This document shows, in pieces, positions 55,796-64,000 of a DNA stretch of 64,000 nt. Position 1 is the stretch's first letter; the number at the start of each line of letters is the position of its first letter. The notes beneath the pieces were generated by a model, which was not told where the DNA came from, ran no database searches, and saw only the letters and a list, made by a program, of their open reading frames with translations. The position numbers and the translations under genes were made by a program. The stretch spans positions 1,042 through 65,041 of the forward strand of contig JBBUCK010000041.1 of NCBI GenBank assembly GCA_038057845.1, read 5' to 3'. This DNA comes from Patescibacteria group bacterium (lineage in GTDB: Bacteria > Patescibacteriota > Minisyncoccia > Phycocordibacterales > JAGLPS01).

Positions 55796-58528
55796 ATGGA
55801 AGATAAATCCCTATTAAAGACTACGTGGCACAGTAAGGGCGTTAAGGAGGTTATTGAATTACTATCTTCTTCAGAAGAGGGCATAAAAGAAGAAGAAGCC
55901 ATTAAGCGACTTAAAAGTGAAGGGGAAAATAAACTTCCAGAATCAAAAAGTGAGAGCATTGTCACTATCTTTTTTCGTCAGTTTCAAAGTCCACTTATTT
56001 ATATTCTCCTTATTTCTTCTCTTATAGTTTTCTTTATTGGTGAAAAAAGCGATAGCGTTATTATTCTTTTTGTCCTTATTGCTAATGCAATTATTGGTGC
56101 TGTCCAAGAGGGTAAGGCACAAAATACGTTGCGGGCATTGCAACATTTTACAAAAACAAACACCCAAGTTCTTCGTGCAGGTAGGGAATATGTTGTTGAG
56201 GATACTCACGTTGTTCCCGGGGACGTAATTCTTTTGAGAGAAGGAGACAAAGTGCCTGCGGATGCGCGCATTATAGAAATTTATAACTTCAAAGTTAATG
56301 AATCTGCGTTGACCGGTGAGTCAGAACCCATTCTTAAGAACTCTGACACATTGCACAATGAAAAGCTCCCTACTGCTGACCAGAAAAACATGGTATTCAA
56401 GGGTACGTTTGTAGTTCTTGGTACTGCGAAGGCTATAGTTATCGGCACCGGATTAAATACTGTGATAGGTACAATTGCCAAAGAACTTGCCTCCATTAAT
56501 TCTGATGTTCCTCTCAAGGATGATATTAAAAACCTTTCCAAAATTTTAAGTCTTACTATTCTTGCGACAAGCTTCTTTATTTTTATTATAGGTGTGCTTG
56601 GAGGAGTGAGTCTTAAAGAAATGTTCTTGACCGCGGTTGCAATTGCTGTGTCCGTGATTCCTGAAGGACTTCCGATTGTTATCACACTTATTCTTGCAAC
56701 CGGAGTGTATCGAATGGGCAAACAAAATGCGCTTGTCAAAAAACTTCAGGCAGTTGATGCGCTCGGGTATGCGAGTATTATTGCCGTCGATAAGACAGGT
56801 ACTGTAACCAAAAACGAGCTTATGGTCGAATCTGTGTATGTTTCTGATAAAGAATTTGAAGTAAGGGGAAACGGCTATGAGCCTCTCGGTAGTATCGCCT
56901 TCGCAGGGCAAGTGATAGACCCTCTCAATCATCCGGAACTTCTTTTTGCTGGGAAAGTAGCTTCACTAGGTTCTTCGGCGCACGTTTTTCTTTCTGAAGA
57001 AGAGAATCAATGGAAAATTACTGGAGAGCCAACAGAGGCAGCGATTCTTGTTTTCGGACAAAAAATTGGTTTTCATAAAGGTGAGCTTGAAAAAGAGACC
57101 CCTCTTATCCTTGATATTCCAGTAAGTGCGGGAATAAATTATCACAGCACACTCCATGATATGAACGGAGATGCTTTTCTTACTGTGCTCGGTGCTCCAG
57201 AGAAAATTTTTGAATTTTGTGATCACGTATGGGTTAATGGCAAGATAGAAAAATTGAGTGAAAAGGAAAAGGGAGCCTTTGAAAATATGGTTGAAAAAAT
57301 GTCAGCAAAAGGTCTACGAGTTATTGCTGGTGGAGTTTTGGAGCATGCTCCAAAGGAAATGGGAGGCAATTTCATGCCACGCCTCACACTTCTTTCACTT
57401 TATGGAATGAGTGATGTCTTACGTGAAGGAGTCAAAGAATCCATTGCAGAAGCAAAAGAAGGGGGTGTTAAGGTCGTGATGATTACGGGGGACCATAAAG
57501 TGACTGCTCGGGCAATTGCTAAAGAAGCAGGAATATGGAAAGAGGGAGATGAGATTGTGACCGGAAAAGATTTACTTGAAATGAATGAAAAAGAGCTTCT
57601 TTTAAAGATAAAAAAGACAACAGTATTTGCTCGAGTTACTCCAGAGCATAAACTGGCCATTATTGAAGGCTATCGTAAAAATGGCGAAATAATCGCTATG
57701 ACAGGTGATGGGGTCAATGACGCTCTCTCGCTTGTTGCGGCTGATTTGGGTGTTGCCATGGGCAAAATAGGAACTGAAGTGACTAAAGAAGCTGCTGACA
57801 TTGTTCTACTTGACGATAATTTCCGAAGTATTGTTTTGGCAATGGAAGAGGGGAGAAATATTTATCGAACAATTAAAAAAGTACTTCTTTACCTTTTTTC
57901 AACAGGTGTTGGAGAATTGTTTACTATTGTGTTTGCACTTTTTCTTGCCTTACCTCTTCCACTTTTACCGACGCAAATTCTTTGGCTTAATCTTATTACT
58001 GACGGCTTTCTTGTTGTCGCTATGGCTATGGAACCGAAGGAAAAACTTACTCGTTTAAAAGCGCAAAAACGAAACCGATTTCTTGTCGATTCATTAATGA
58101 TTCATCGAATTGTCCTTTTAGGTTTTACCATGACCCTTGGAACTCTCTTTCTCTTTAGCAATTTTTACGAAGCTGATTTTGTTAAGGGCTCAACTATTGC
58201 CCTCACAGCACTCGCAGTATTTCAATGGTTGAACATTTGGAATTGTCGTTCTGAAGAATCTTCAATATTTTCTACAAATCTTTTCTCCAATCCTTACCTT
58301 ATTTTGTCGACAATCGCTGTAATTGCATTGCAGCTTGTCGCAATTTATCATCCTGTCGCTCAAACCCTTCTTCATACTACGGCACTATCACTTTCTGAGT
58401 GGGCACTTATTATTATCGTTGCTTCCTCTGTTATTTTTGTTGAGGAAATAAGAAAATTTATATATCGCAATTTCAATCGTGTGCCCGGGGAGCAACATAT
58501 GCAAAAGCAAACTATCGCATCAAGATAA
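55796..58528 (+). CDS. cation-transporting P-type ATPase (P2-type, Ca2+/Mg2+-like)
   Basis: DKTGTVT, TGES, MITGDHKVTA, MTGDGVNDALSL. Confidence 0.9.
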   Translation: MEDKSLLKTTWHSKGVKEVIELLSSSEEGIKEEEAIKRLKSEGENKLPESKSESIVTIFFRQFQSPLIYILLISSLIVFFIGEKSDSVIILFVLIANAIIGAVQEGKAQNTLRALQHFTKTNTQVLRAGREYVVEDTHVVPGDVILLREGDKVPADARIIEIYNFKVNESALTGESEPILKNSDTLHNEKLPTADQKNMVFKGTFVVLGTAKAIVIGTGLNTVIGTIAKELASINSDVPLKDDIKNLSKILSLTILATSFFIFIIGVLGGVSLKEMFLTAVAIAVSVIPEGLPIVITLILATGVYRMGKQNALVKKLQAVDALGYASIIAVDKTGTVTKNELMVESVYVSDKEFEVRGNGYEPLGSIAFAGQVIDPLNHPELLFAGKVASLGSSAHVFLSEEENQWKITGEPTEAAILVFGQKIGFHKGELEKETPLILDIPVSAGINYHSTLHDMNGDAFLTVLGAPEKIFEFCDHVWVNGKIEKLSEKEKGAFENMVEKMSAKGLRVIAGGVLEHAPKEMGGNFMPRLTLLSLYGMSDVLREGVKESIAEAKEGGVKVVMITGDHKVTARAIAKEAGIWKEGDEIVTGKDLLEMNEKELLLKIKKTTVFARVTPEHKLAIIEGYRKNGEIIAMTGDGVNDALSLVAADLGVAMGKIGTEVTKEAADIVLLDDNFRSIVLAMEEGRNIYRTIKKVLLYLFSTGVGELFTIVFALFLALPLPLLPTQILWLNLITDGFLVVAMAMEPKEKLTRLKAQKRNRFLVDSLMIHRIVLLGFTMTLGTLFLFSNFYEADFVKGSTIALTALAVFQWLNIWNCRSEESSIFSTNLFSNPYLILSTIAVIALQLVAIYHPVAQTLLHTTALSLSEWALIIIVASSVIFVEEIRKFIYRNFNRVPGEQHMQKQTIASR

Positions 58529-58629
58529 AGTAATGAAGTTTCTCACAATAAGCTTTCGGGGAATTTCGCGTTTAAATTAAAATACCTTGCACCTTAATGC
58601 GAGACAGTTTATAATTATCCTCTCTAAAC

Positions 58630-58974
58630 ATGAATATTATTTTTACATGGATTCTTACCGCACTCACTCTGCTTTTAGCGCCGTACCTTCTTACAGGAAT
58701 TAAAGTAGGAAATTTTTATACAGCTCTCATTGTTTCCTTCTTTTGGGGTCTTATGAACGTTTTGGTTAAGCCAGTTATTATTCTTTTAACACTCCCTATA
58801 AACATTCTCACACTCGGGCTCTTTACTTTTGTTATAAATGGTTTTCTATTTTGGCTCATCTCAACATTTGTCCCAGGCTTTGGTGTAGCAAGTTTCTTAG
58901 ACGCAGTATTAGCAACACTTCTTATTTCTGCTGTAAGTTTTTTTGCGCAGAGAATTATTAAGAAGGAGGAATAA
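58630..58974 (+). CDS. small 4-TM membrane protein (phage-holin-4 / YvlD-like family)
   Basis: 114 aa, four hydrophobic helices, K/E tail. Confidence 0.45.
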   Translation: MNIIFTWILTALTLLLAPYLLTGIKVGNFYTALIVSFFWGLMNVLVKPVIILLTLPINILTLGLFTFVINGFLFWLISTFVPGFGVASFLDAVLATLLISAVSFFAQRIIKKEE

Positions 58975-58989
58975 TTTAGAACGTAAATA

Positions 58990-59871
58990 ATGGTTACCGT
59001 TGTTACACATAGCGGACGTTTTCATGCTGATGAAGTTTTAGCCCTTGCGGTGCTTCGCCTCGTTCTTAAAGAGCTAAATGTTCTTCGTACACGGGACACA
59101 AACACGATTGAAAAAGCTGATTATGTTGTTGATGTGGGACGAATATATAATCCAGAAAAAAACCGTTTTGACCATCATCAAGAGGGTGGCGCGGGAGCAC
59201 GCCTCGATGGCATACCATATGCTTCTTTCGGTCTTGTGTGGAAAAAATTTGGTGCTACCCTTTGCGGTAGTAAAGAAGCTGCGGCTATTATTGAAAAGAA
59301 AATTGTTGAACCGGTTGATGCTAATGATAATGGAGTTTCTCTATGTGACTGCCCTAAAGACATTATTCCGTACAGATTTCAGGAGGTAATATTTTCATTG
59401 AGTCCGACATGGAAAGAATCTGAACATGATATTGACGTAGCTTTCCTTGATGCGGTCTCTATTTCTGAACGTGTTCTTTTACGTGAAATTAAAAAAGCGC
59501 AGGATAGTGTCGAGGGGTCAAAAATTGTTGAACGAATGCACGAGGATGCTTCCGATAAGAGAATTCTTGTAATGGATACGCATTATCCATATGAAGAAAT
59601 TACGCAAAAACTTCCTGAACTGCTCTACGTTGTGTACCCTGATTCTCAAGGGAATGGTTGGAAAGTTCAGGCAGTGCCAGATGATATAAAAGCATATACT
59701 TCCCGTAAACAATTTCCTTTAACTTGGGCTGGAAAAGAAGGAGAGGAACTTGCTGCTATTTCTGGAGTTTCCGATGCTTCTTTCTGTCATAACGCGAGAT
59801 TTCTTGCGGTAGCAAAATCAAAAGAAGGTGCACTTAAACTTGCAGAACTTGCCCTCGCGTCAGAAGATTAA
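58990..59871 (+). CDS. MYG1-family metal-dependent phosphohydrolase (UPF0160)
   Basis: THSGRFHADEVLA N-terminal signature. Confidence 0.8.
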   Translation: MVTVVTHSGRFHADEVLALAVLRLVLKELNVLRTRDTNTIEKADYVVDVGRIYNPEKNRFDHHQEGGAGARLDGIPYASFGLVWKKFGATLCGSKEAAAIIEKKIVEPVDANDNGVSLCDCPKDIIPYRFQEVIFSLSPTWKESEHDIDVAFLDAVSISERVLLREIKKAQDSVEGSKIVERMHEDASDKRILVMDTHYPYEEITQKLPELLYVVYPDSQGNGWKVQAVPDDIKAYTSRKQFPLTWAGKEGEELAAISGVSDASFCHNARFLAVAKSKEGALKLAELALASED

Positions 59872-59909
59872 GTAGACTTTCCCTCCCTAAATCTATAGAC
59901 TATTTTTAT

Positions 59910-60887
59910 ATGGCATTTATTGACGAAATTCGTCTTTTCCTTAAAGCGGGAAATGGTGGCGACGGTGTTGTTCGTTGGCTCCACGAAAGAGGAAAAGAAT
60001 TTGGCGGTCCTTCCGGTGGTGATGGTGGAAAGGGAGGTAATGTCTACGCGCACGCACTGCGCGATTTAAGTGTGCTCTCACGTTATCGTTTTATACGAGA
60101 CCTTAAAGCCGAAAATGGTGGTGCGGGGGCAAAAGTAAAAAGGCACGGCGCTAACGGCAAAGACCTTATTGTCGAAGTACCTATTGGAACAGTGATTACT
60201 AATTTGAATACCGGTAGCGTTCGCTCACTTATGAAAGAAGGTGACTCCGTTCTTTTACTCGAAGGAGGAAAGGGTGGGTGGGGGAATGATCGTTTCAAAT
60301 CATCCACGAATGTTGCTCCGATGGAGGCAACCCCCGGCCTTGTTGGAGAAGAAGCGGAATTTCTTATTGAACTTGAACTTATTGCAGACGCGGGATTTAT
60401 TGGTCTTCCTAATGCAGGTAAATCAAGTCTTCTTAATACATTGACCCGTGCTCATGCAAAAGTAGGTAATTATAATTTCACCACTCTCGAACCCAACCTC
60501 GGAGATCTTTTTGGGTTCATTCTTGCCGATATCCCAGGTTTAATTGAGGGAGCGTCAGAGGGTAAAGGTTTGGGTTTTGCATTTTTACGCCATATTAAAC
60601 GAACTCGCATGCTATTCCATTGTATTTCTGTGGAAAATGAAGATCCTAAAAAGTCCTATAATACAATTAGGAAAGAACTTAAAGACTATGGGCACGACCT
60701 TTCTAGTAAACAAGAGGTGATTATTCTCACAAAAACCGACCTTGTGCCAGAAGAAACTCTCAAAAAAATGATAAAAGTAATGAAAAAACTTTCTCCTCAC
60801 ATTCTTACCGTTTCTATTCACGACCCTAATCTGGTTAAAAGTCTTAAGGATGAAATCATTAAGTTATTAAGATCGTTAGGAAACTAA
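59910..60887 (+). CDS. obg: GTPase Obg (short form lacking C-terminal TGS/OCT domain)
   Basis: GNGGDGVVRW...GGDGGKGGNVY glycine-rich Obg fold; GLPNAGKSSL G1; DIPGLIEGA. Confidence 0.9.
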   Translation: MAFIDEIRLFLKAGNGGDGVVRWLHERGKEFGGPSGGDGGKGGNVYAHALRDLSVLSRYRFIRDLKAENGGAGAKVKRHGANGKDLIVEVPIGTVITNLNTGSVRSLMKEGDSVLLLEGGKGGWGNDRFKSSTNVAPMEATPGLVGEEAEFLIELELIADAGFIGLPNAGKSSLLNTLTRAHAKVGNYNFTTLEPNLGDLFGFILADIPGLIEGASEGKGLGFAFLRHIKRTRMLFHCISVENEDPKKSYNTIRKELKDYGHDLSSKQEVIILTKTDLVPEETLKKMIKVMKKLSPHILTVSIHDPNLVKSLKDEIIKLLRSLGN

Positions 60888-60895
60888 AATATGTA

Positions 60896-60912
60896 CAAAG
60901 GGCGGTCCTTCG
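60896..60912. repeat. REP-like palindromic hairpin (loop GCGGT) upstream of Y1 transposase gene
   Basis: aaagggcggtccttcgt. Confidence 0.55.
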
Positions 60913-60930
60913 TCTATATTAAATAATGTA

Positions 60931-61656
60931 ATGGAGAGAAAGTTCAAATTTTCACTGGGAGAATATTATCACATTTACAACAGGGGAAATGATAAGAGGT
61001 TAATTTTTCTGGATGATCACGACAGTAGACGATTCGTCCTGTTGCTGTATCTTTGTAATAGTATGGAGCCATTAGACATGCGTACTTATTTCAACGAAGG
61101 GCGGTCCTTCGTTGATCTGTTTAGTATTGCTAGAAAGAGAACATTTGTTGATATTGGTGCCTATTGCTTAATGCCAAACCATTTTCATATTCTTGTTAAA
61201 GAAAAGATTGAAAACGGTATAACAAAATTTATCGGTAAATTATTGACTGCATATTCAATGTACTTCAATAAAAGACAACAAAGAACTGGTTCTTTGTTTG
61301 AAGGAAGATTTAAAGCCAGACATGTTGATAGTGATGAATATCTTAAATATCTATTTTCTTATATACACTTAAATCCGATTAAACTTATTGATAAAGAGTG
61401 GAGGGAGAACAATATTCCAGATAGAATCAAGGCGCATAAATATCTTCAAGAATATCCTTATTCAAGCCATCTTGACTACCACCAAATCATCGTAAGGAAA
61501 GAAACAGTGATCTTAAACAAAAGCGCTTTTCCGGAGTATTTTTTACAACCAAAAGAATTCGATGCTTTTATTAGTGACTGGCTTTCTATAAAAGAATCGT
61601 TTTTACAAACAGATCTAACAAGTAAAAAAACGAAGGACCGCCCTTCGTTTGTGTGA
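60931..61656 (+). CDS. HUH Y1 tyrosine transposase, RayT/IS200-like (PF01797)
   Basis: HIYNRGNDK, YCLMPNHFHILVKE (HuH), YLFSYIHLNPIK (catalytic Tyr region). Confidence 0.75.
   Translation: MERKFKFSLGEYYHIYNRGNDKRLIFLDDHDSRRFVLLLYLCNSMEPLDMRTYFNEGRSFVDLFSIARKRTFVDIGAYCLMPNHFHILVKEKIENGITKFIGKLLTAYSMYFNKRQQRTGSLFEGRFKARHVDSDEYLKYLFSYIHLNPIKLIDKEWRENNIPDRIKAHKYLQEYPYSSHLDYHQIIVRKETVILNKSAFPEYFLQPKEFDAFISDWLSIKESFLQTDLTSKKTKDRPSFV
61093..61114. repeat. internal copy of REP-like hairpin (same orientation as 5' copy) inside the transposase CDS
   Basis: caacgaagggcggtccttcgttg. Confidence 0.5.
61630..61649. repeat. REP-like hairpin in inverted orientation (loop ACCGC) overlapping transposase stop
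   Basis: acgaaggaccgcccttcgtt = reverse complement of the 5' copy. Confidence 0.55.
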
Positions 61657-63067
61657 ACCAATGAAATATATACCAACAATAGGTCTAGAAATACACGCCG
61701 AGCTTAAAACGCAGACAAAAATGTTCTGTAATTCAAAGAATGACAGCGAGGAAAAGAGGCCCAACGTCAATATATGCCCTATTTGCACGGGCCATCCCGG
61801 CACCCTTCCAGTCATTAATAAAGAGGCGGTTAAACACGTCTTAAAACTAGGACTTGCTGTGAATGGCGCACTCGCCAACTTCACGGAATTTGACCGTAAA
61901 AATTACTTTTATCCAGACATTCCTAAGGGATATCAGATTAGCCAGTATAAGCACCCCCTTGTTCTTGGTGGAGAAATTAGAGGTATTGCACTTACTCGTA
62001 TTCACCTCGAAGAAGATACTGCACGTTCTACCCATCATGGCGATTACAGCCTAGTGGATTTTAACCGTGCCGGTGTGCCTTTAATGGAACTTGTTACAGA
62101 ACCCGTTATCCACAGCGGTGGAGAGGCAGTCCTTTTCGCGCGTGAACTTCAGCTTCTCTTGCAATATCTCCACGCAGGAAATGCCAATATGGAAAAAGGT
62201 GAAATGCGTGTTGAAGCAAATATTTCGGTAAGTACTAATAAAACACTTGGGACAAAGGTGGAAGTTAAAAATCTCAACTCATTTCGTGCAGTGGAACGAG
62301 CGATTGAATATGAAATTAACCGTCAGAGCAAACTCCTTGAACAAAAGGAGAAGATTATTCAAGAGACTCGCGGTTGGGATGAAGGGAAGGGGATAACATT
62401 TTCACAACGCGCAAAAGAAGACTCTCACGACTACCGATATTTTCCTGACCCCGACATCCCTAAATTATTTATTTCTGAAGTCCCTGAATTTAATAAAGAA
62501 AAACTCTCAAAGGAACTTTCAGAGTTGCCATGGCAGAAGCGAAAACGATACTTGGAAGTTTTTGGTTTGAAAGAAACTGACGTAGAAATATTCATTCACC
62601 AAAAAGAATGGTGTGAGTTGTTTGAACAAACAATAGTAAATTTCAAAGACGACAAAAAATTAATTCAGCTTACTTCAAACTATATTGTAAGTGATTTGGC
62701 GGGACTTTCTAAAACGGGGAATACTCTTGGAAACATCACCTCCGATTCTTTGGCTTCTTTAATTCACATGATTGGAAAAGGAGAAGTGTCTTCCCGAGGC
62801 GGAAAAGATATTCTCAAAGTTCTCTATGAGAAAGGGGGGGACCCGAGAGAGCTTGCAAAAGAGATGGATTTAATCCAAAAAAGTGATGAGAACACGCTTA
62901 CTCTAATAGTCAAAAAAGTCCTAAAAAGTCATCCAAACGTTGTTGCCGAGTATAGGTCAGGAAAGGAAAATGCCCTGCAGTTTCTTATCGGTCAAGGTAT
63001 GAAGGAAAGTCAGGGAGGGGCAAATCCAGAAATTCTTTCAGAGCTTTTCAGAAAGATATTAAGTTAG
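61649..63067 (+). CDS. gatB: Asp-tRNA(Asn)/Glu-tRNA(Gln) amidotransferase subunit B
   Basis: IGLEIHAELKT...NRAGVPLMELVTEP...C-terminal YqeY-like domain. Confidence 0.9.
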   Translation: MCEPMKYIPTIGLEIHAELKTQTKMFCNSKNDSEEKRPNVNICPICTGHPGTLPVINKEAVKHVLKLGLAVNGALANFTEFDRKNYFYPDIPKGYQISQYKHPLVLGGEIRGIALTRIHLEEDTARSTHHGDYSLVDFNRAGVPLMELVTEPVIHSGGEAVLFARELQLLLQYLHAGNANMEKGEMRVEANISVSTNKTLGTKVEVKNLNSFRAVERAIEYEINRQSKLLEQKEKIIQETRGWDEGKGITFSQRAKEDSHDYRYFPDPDIPKLFISEVPEFNKEKLSKELSELPWQKRKRYLEVFGLKETDVEIFIHQKEWCELFEQTIVNFKDDKKLIQLTSNYIVSDLAGLSKTGNTLGNITSDSLASLIHMIGKGEVSSRGGKDILKVLYEKGGDPRELAKEMDLIQKSDENTLTLIVKKVLKSHPNVVAEYRSGKENALQFLIGQGMKESQGGANPEILSELFRKILS

Positions 63068-63102
63068 TCAAAAGTCTTAAAACAGAGACTTTATGAGTCT
63101 AT

Positions 63103-63141
63103 AGGTTTGGAAAAGTCATCTCGGGTACCCGAGATGACTTT
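63103..63141 (+). terminator. strong intrinsic terminator (14-bp stem AAAGTCATCTCGGG-ta-CCCGAGATGACTTT + GTTTT)
   Basis: seen directly after gatB. Confidence 0.75.
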
Positions 63142-63463
63142 GTTTTAAGACATATTTTACTCTTAATCTTCTATACTTAATAAAAGGCAGCCTGTTTGTC
63201 GACAGGTAGGCTTGCTACAGGGATTAAGGTGTAATGAAAACTTTTCCTAAACCCTGCACTCTTCAGAAAGAGCTAAGGGGGTATTTGGCTACCGAAAAAA
63301 GGAAATTAAGACACTCTACAGCAAACCATGCCGAGTACAAAAGGGTTTCATTAACCTTAACACTTTTGATCTTTTACTCACCCGAGATGACCTTTATTAT
63401 CAACACTTTTATTTGTATATCTGTTTCATCTCTTTTTCTAAAGAGATATACTTTAAGTAATGT

Positions 63464-64000
63464 CAGATAATCTCATTATAAGAGGAGAAAAGTATATCTC
63501 GGCTAGACGAGCCGGTGAAATTGTAAAATATCAGAGGGACTATATCGGCCAACTTTGTCGTGCTGGTAAAGTCGAATGTTCATTTATTGGGCGTGGATGG
63601 TTTGTAAGCGAACGTTCCATCGTTAATCATAAAAATTATTATGCCCCTGAAAATGCTCCTTCTCGCATACCAATAAATAAAATCGTTCCAGTTCAAGTTC
63701 AAACCAACTCTTTTAACGAAGAAGAACAGATTCCTGTTAAAACAACTATCCCAGAAATTACATCACAAGAAGATGTCTCTCAAAATGAAGAAAGAACCCA
63801 ACCTGCAGAGGGTCTTTCTATTCCTGTTTCAGAACAAATTCCAGAACAAAATTTAGCGCTGCAAGAAACCCCCGATATCCTTTCCCAAGTTTCTCAAGCT
63901 TTATCTGGGATTATCCAAGATGTTGAAATATCTGCGCCCAAACATCATCAATCCTTTTTTCCGACTGTTTCTTTTTCTAATGCTCTTGCAACTTTTATCA
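63464..64000 (+). CDS. hypothetical protein, 3'-truncated by window end (MSDNLIIRGEKYISARRAGEIVKYQRDYIGQLCRAGKVECSFIGRGWFVSERSI...)
   Basis: open frame from ATG at 63464 to window end (>178 aa); not in ORF track because no stop; N-terminal ~50 aa looks like a small DNA-binding-type domain, rest low complexity Q/E/P-rich. Confidence 0.4.

Noticed and set aside
63234-63470. 78-aa ORF after gatB
   Set aside because: No RBS or family resemblance and overlaps the start of the better-supported 63464 ORF. It contains a partial copy (cccgagatgaccttt) of the gatB terminator stem, suggesting non-coding repeat sequence.

Overview
Low-GC, gene-dense bacterial window with a Candidate Phyla Radiation/Patescibacteria-like flavour (inference from gene content: lamin-tail-domain surface protein, O-antigen-ligase-TPR fusion, short Obg, MYG1, many tiny intergenic gaps). 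Roughly 5.4-45.9 kb is one very large surface-glycan biosynthesis locus. It holds about 14 glycosyltransferases (GT4, GT2, GT11, GT-C), 7 methyltransferases (class I SAM, FkbM, CmcI-like), AsnB-type amidotransferase, dTDP-rhamnose genes (rmlA/B/D), GDP-fucose genes (gmd/fcl), a Wzm/Wzt ABC exporter and an O-antigen-ligase/TPR protein. The rest is housekeeping: murB, secA, MazG-like, flotillin, DedA, DsbA/DsbB-like pair, AI-2E transporter, P-type ATPase, MYG1, obg, gatB. Unexplained or selfish-looking structures are layered on this backbone: (1) a LAGLIDADG intein splitting GDP-mannose 4,6-dehydratase at the conserved NHE|SPRRG site; (2) two 86%-identical four-helix-bundle (PF05635/Avd-like) genes, each embedded between inverted TAAAGTC repeat arrays, one sitting between wzm and wzt, plus an 'empty-site'-like array upstream of gmd; (3) a RayT/IS200-like Y1 (HUH) transposase gene bracketed by palindromic REP-like hairpins between obg and gatB; (4) GC-rich, heavily base-paired ~130-150 nt elements closed by 15-19 bp terminal inverted repeats (43.4 kb and 47.8 kb), and a CCCGCC-TAAGTTTT inverted-repeat family at three other intergenic sites; (5) heptanucleotide (GCTACAA)n microsatellites at two places inside a GT4 gene and G8 tracts in the O-antigen ligase and dedA; (6) a candidate ~75-nt sRNA with near-consensus promoter and intrinsic terminator upstream of murB, and a 26-aa K/R-rich micro-ORF with its own terminator upstream of secA. 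No rRNA, tRNA or CRISPR array was recognised. All family assignments are from motif recognition by eye, not from database searches.
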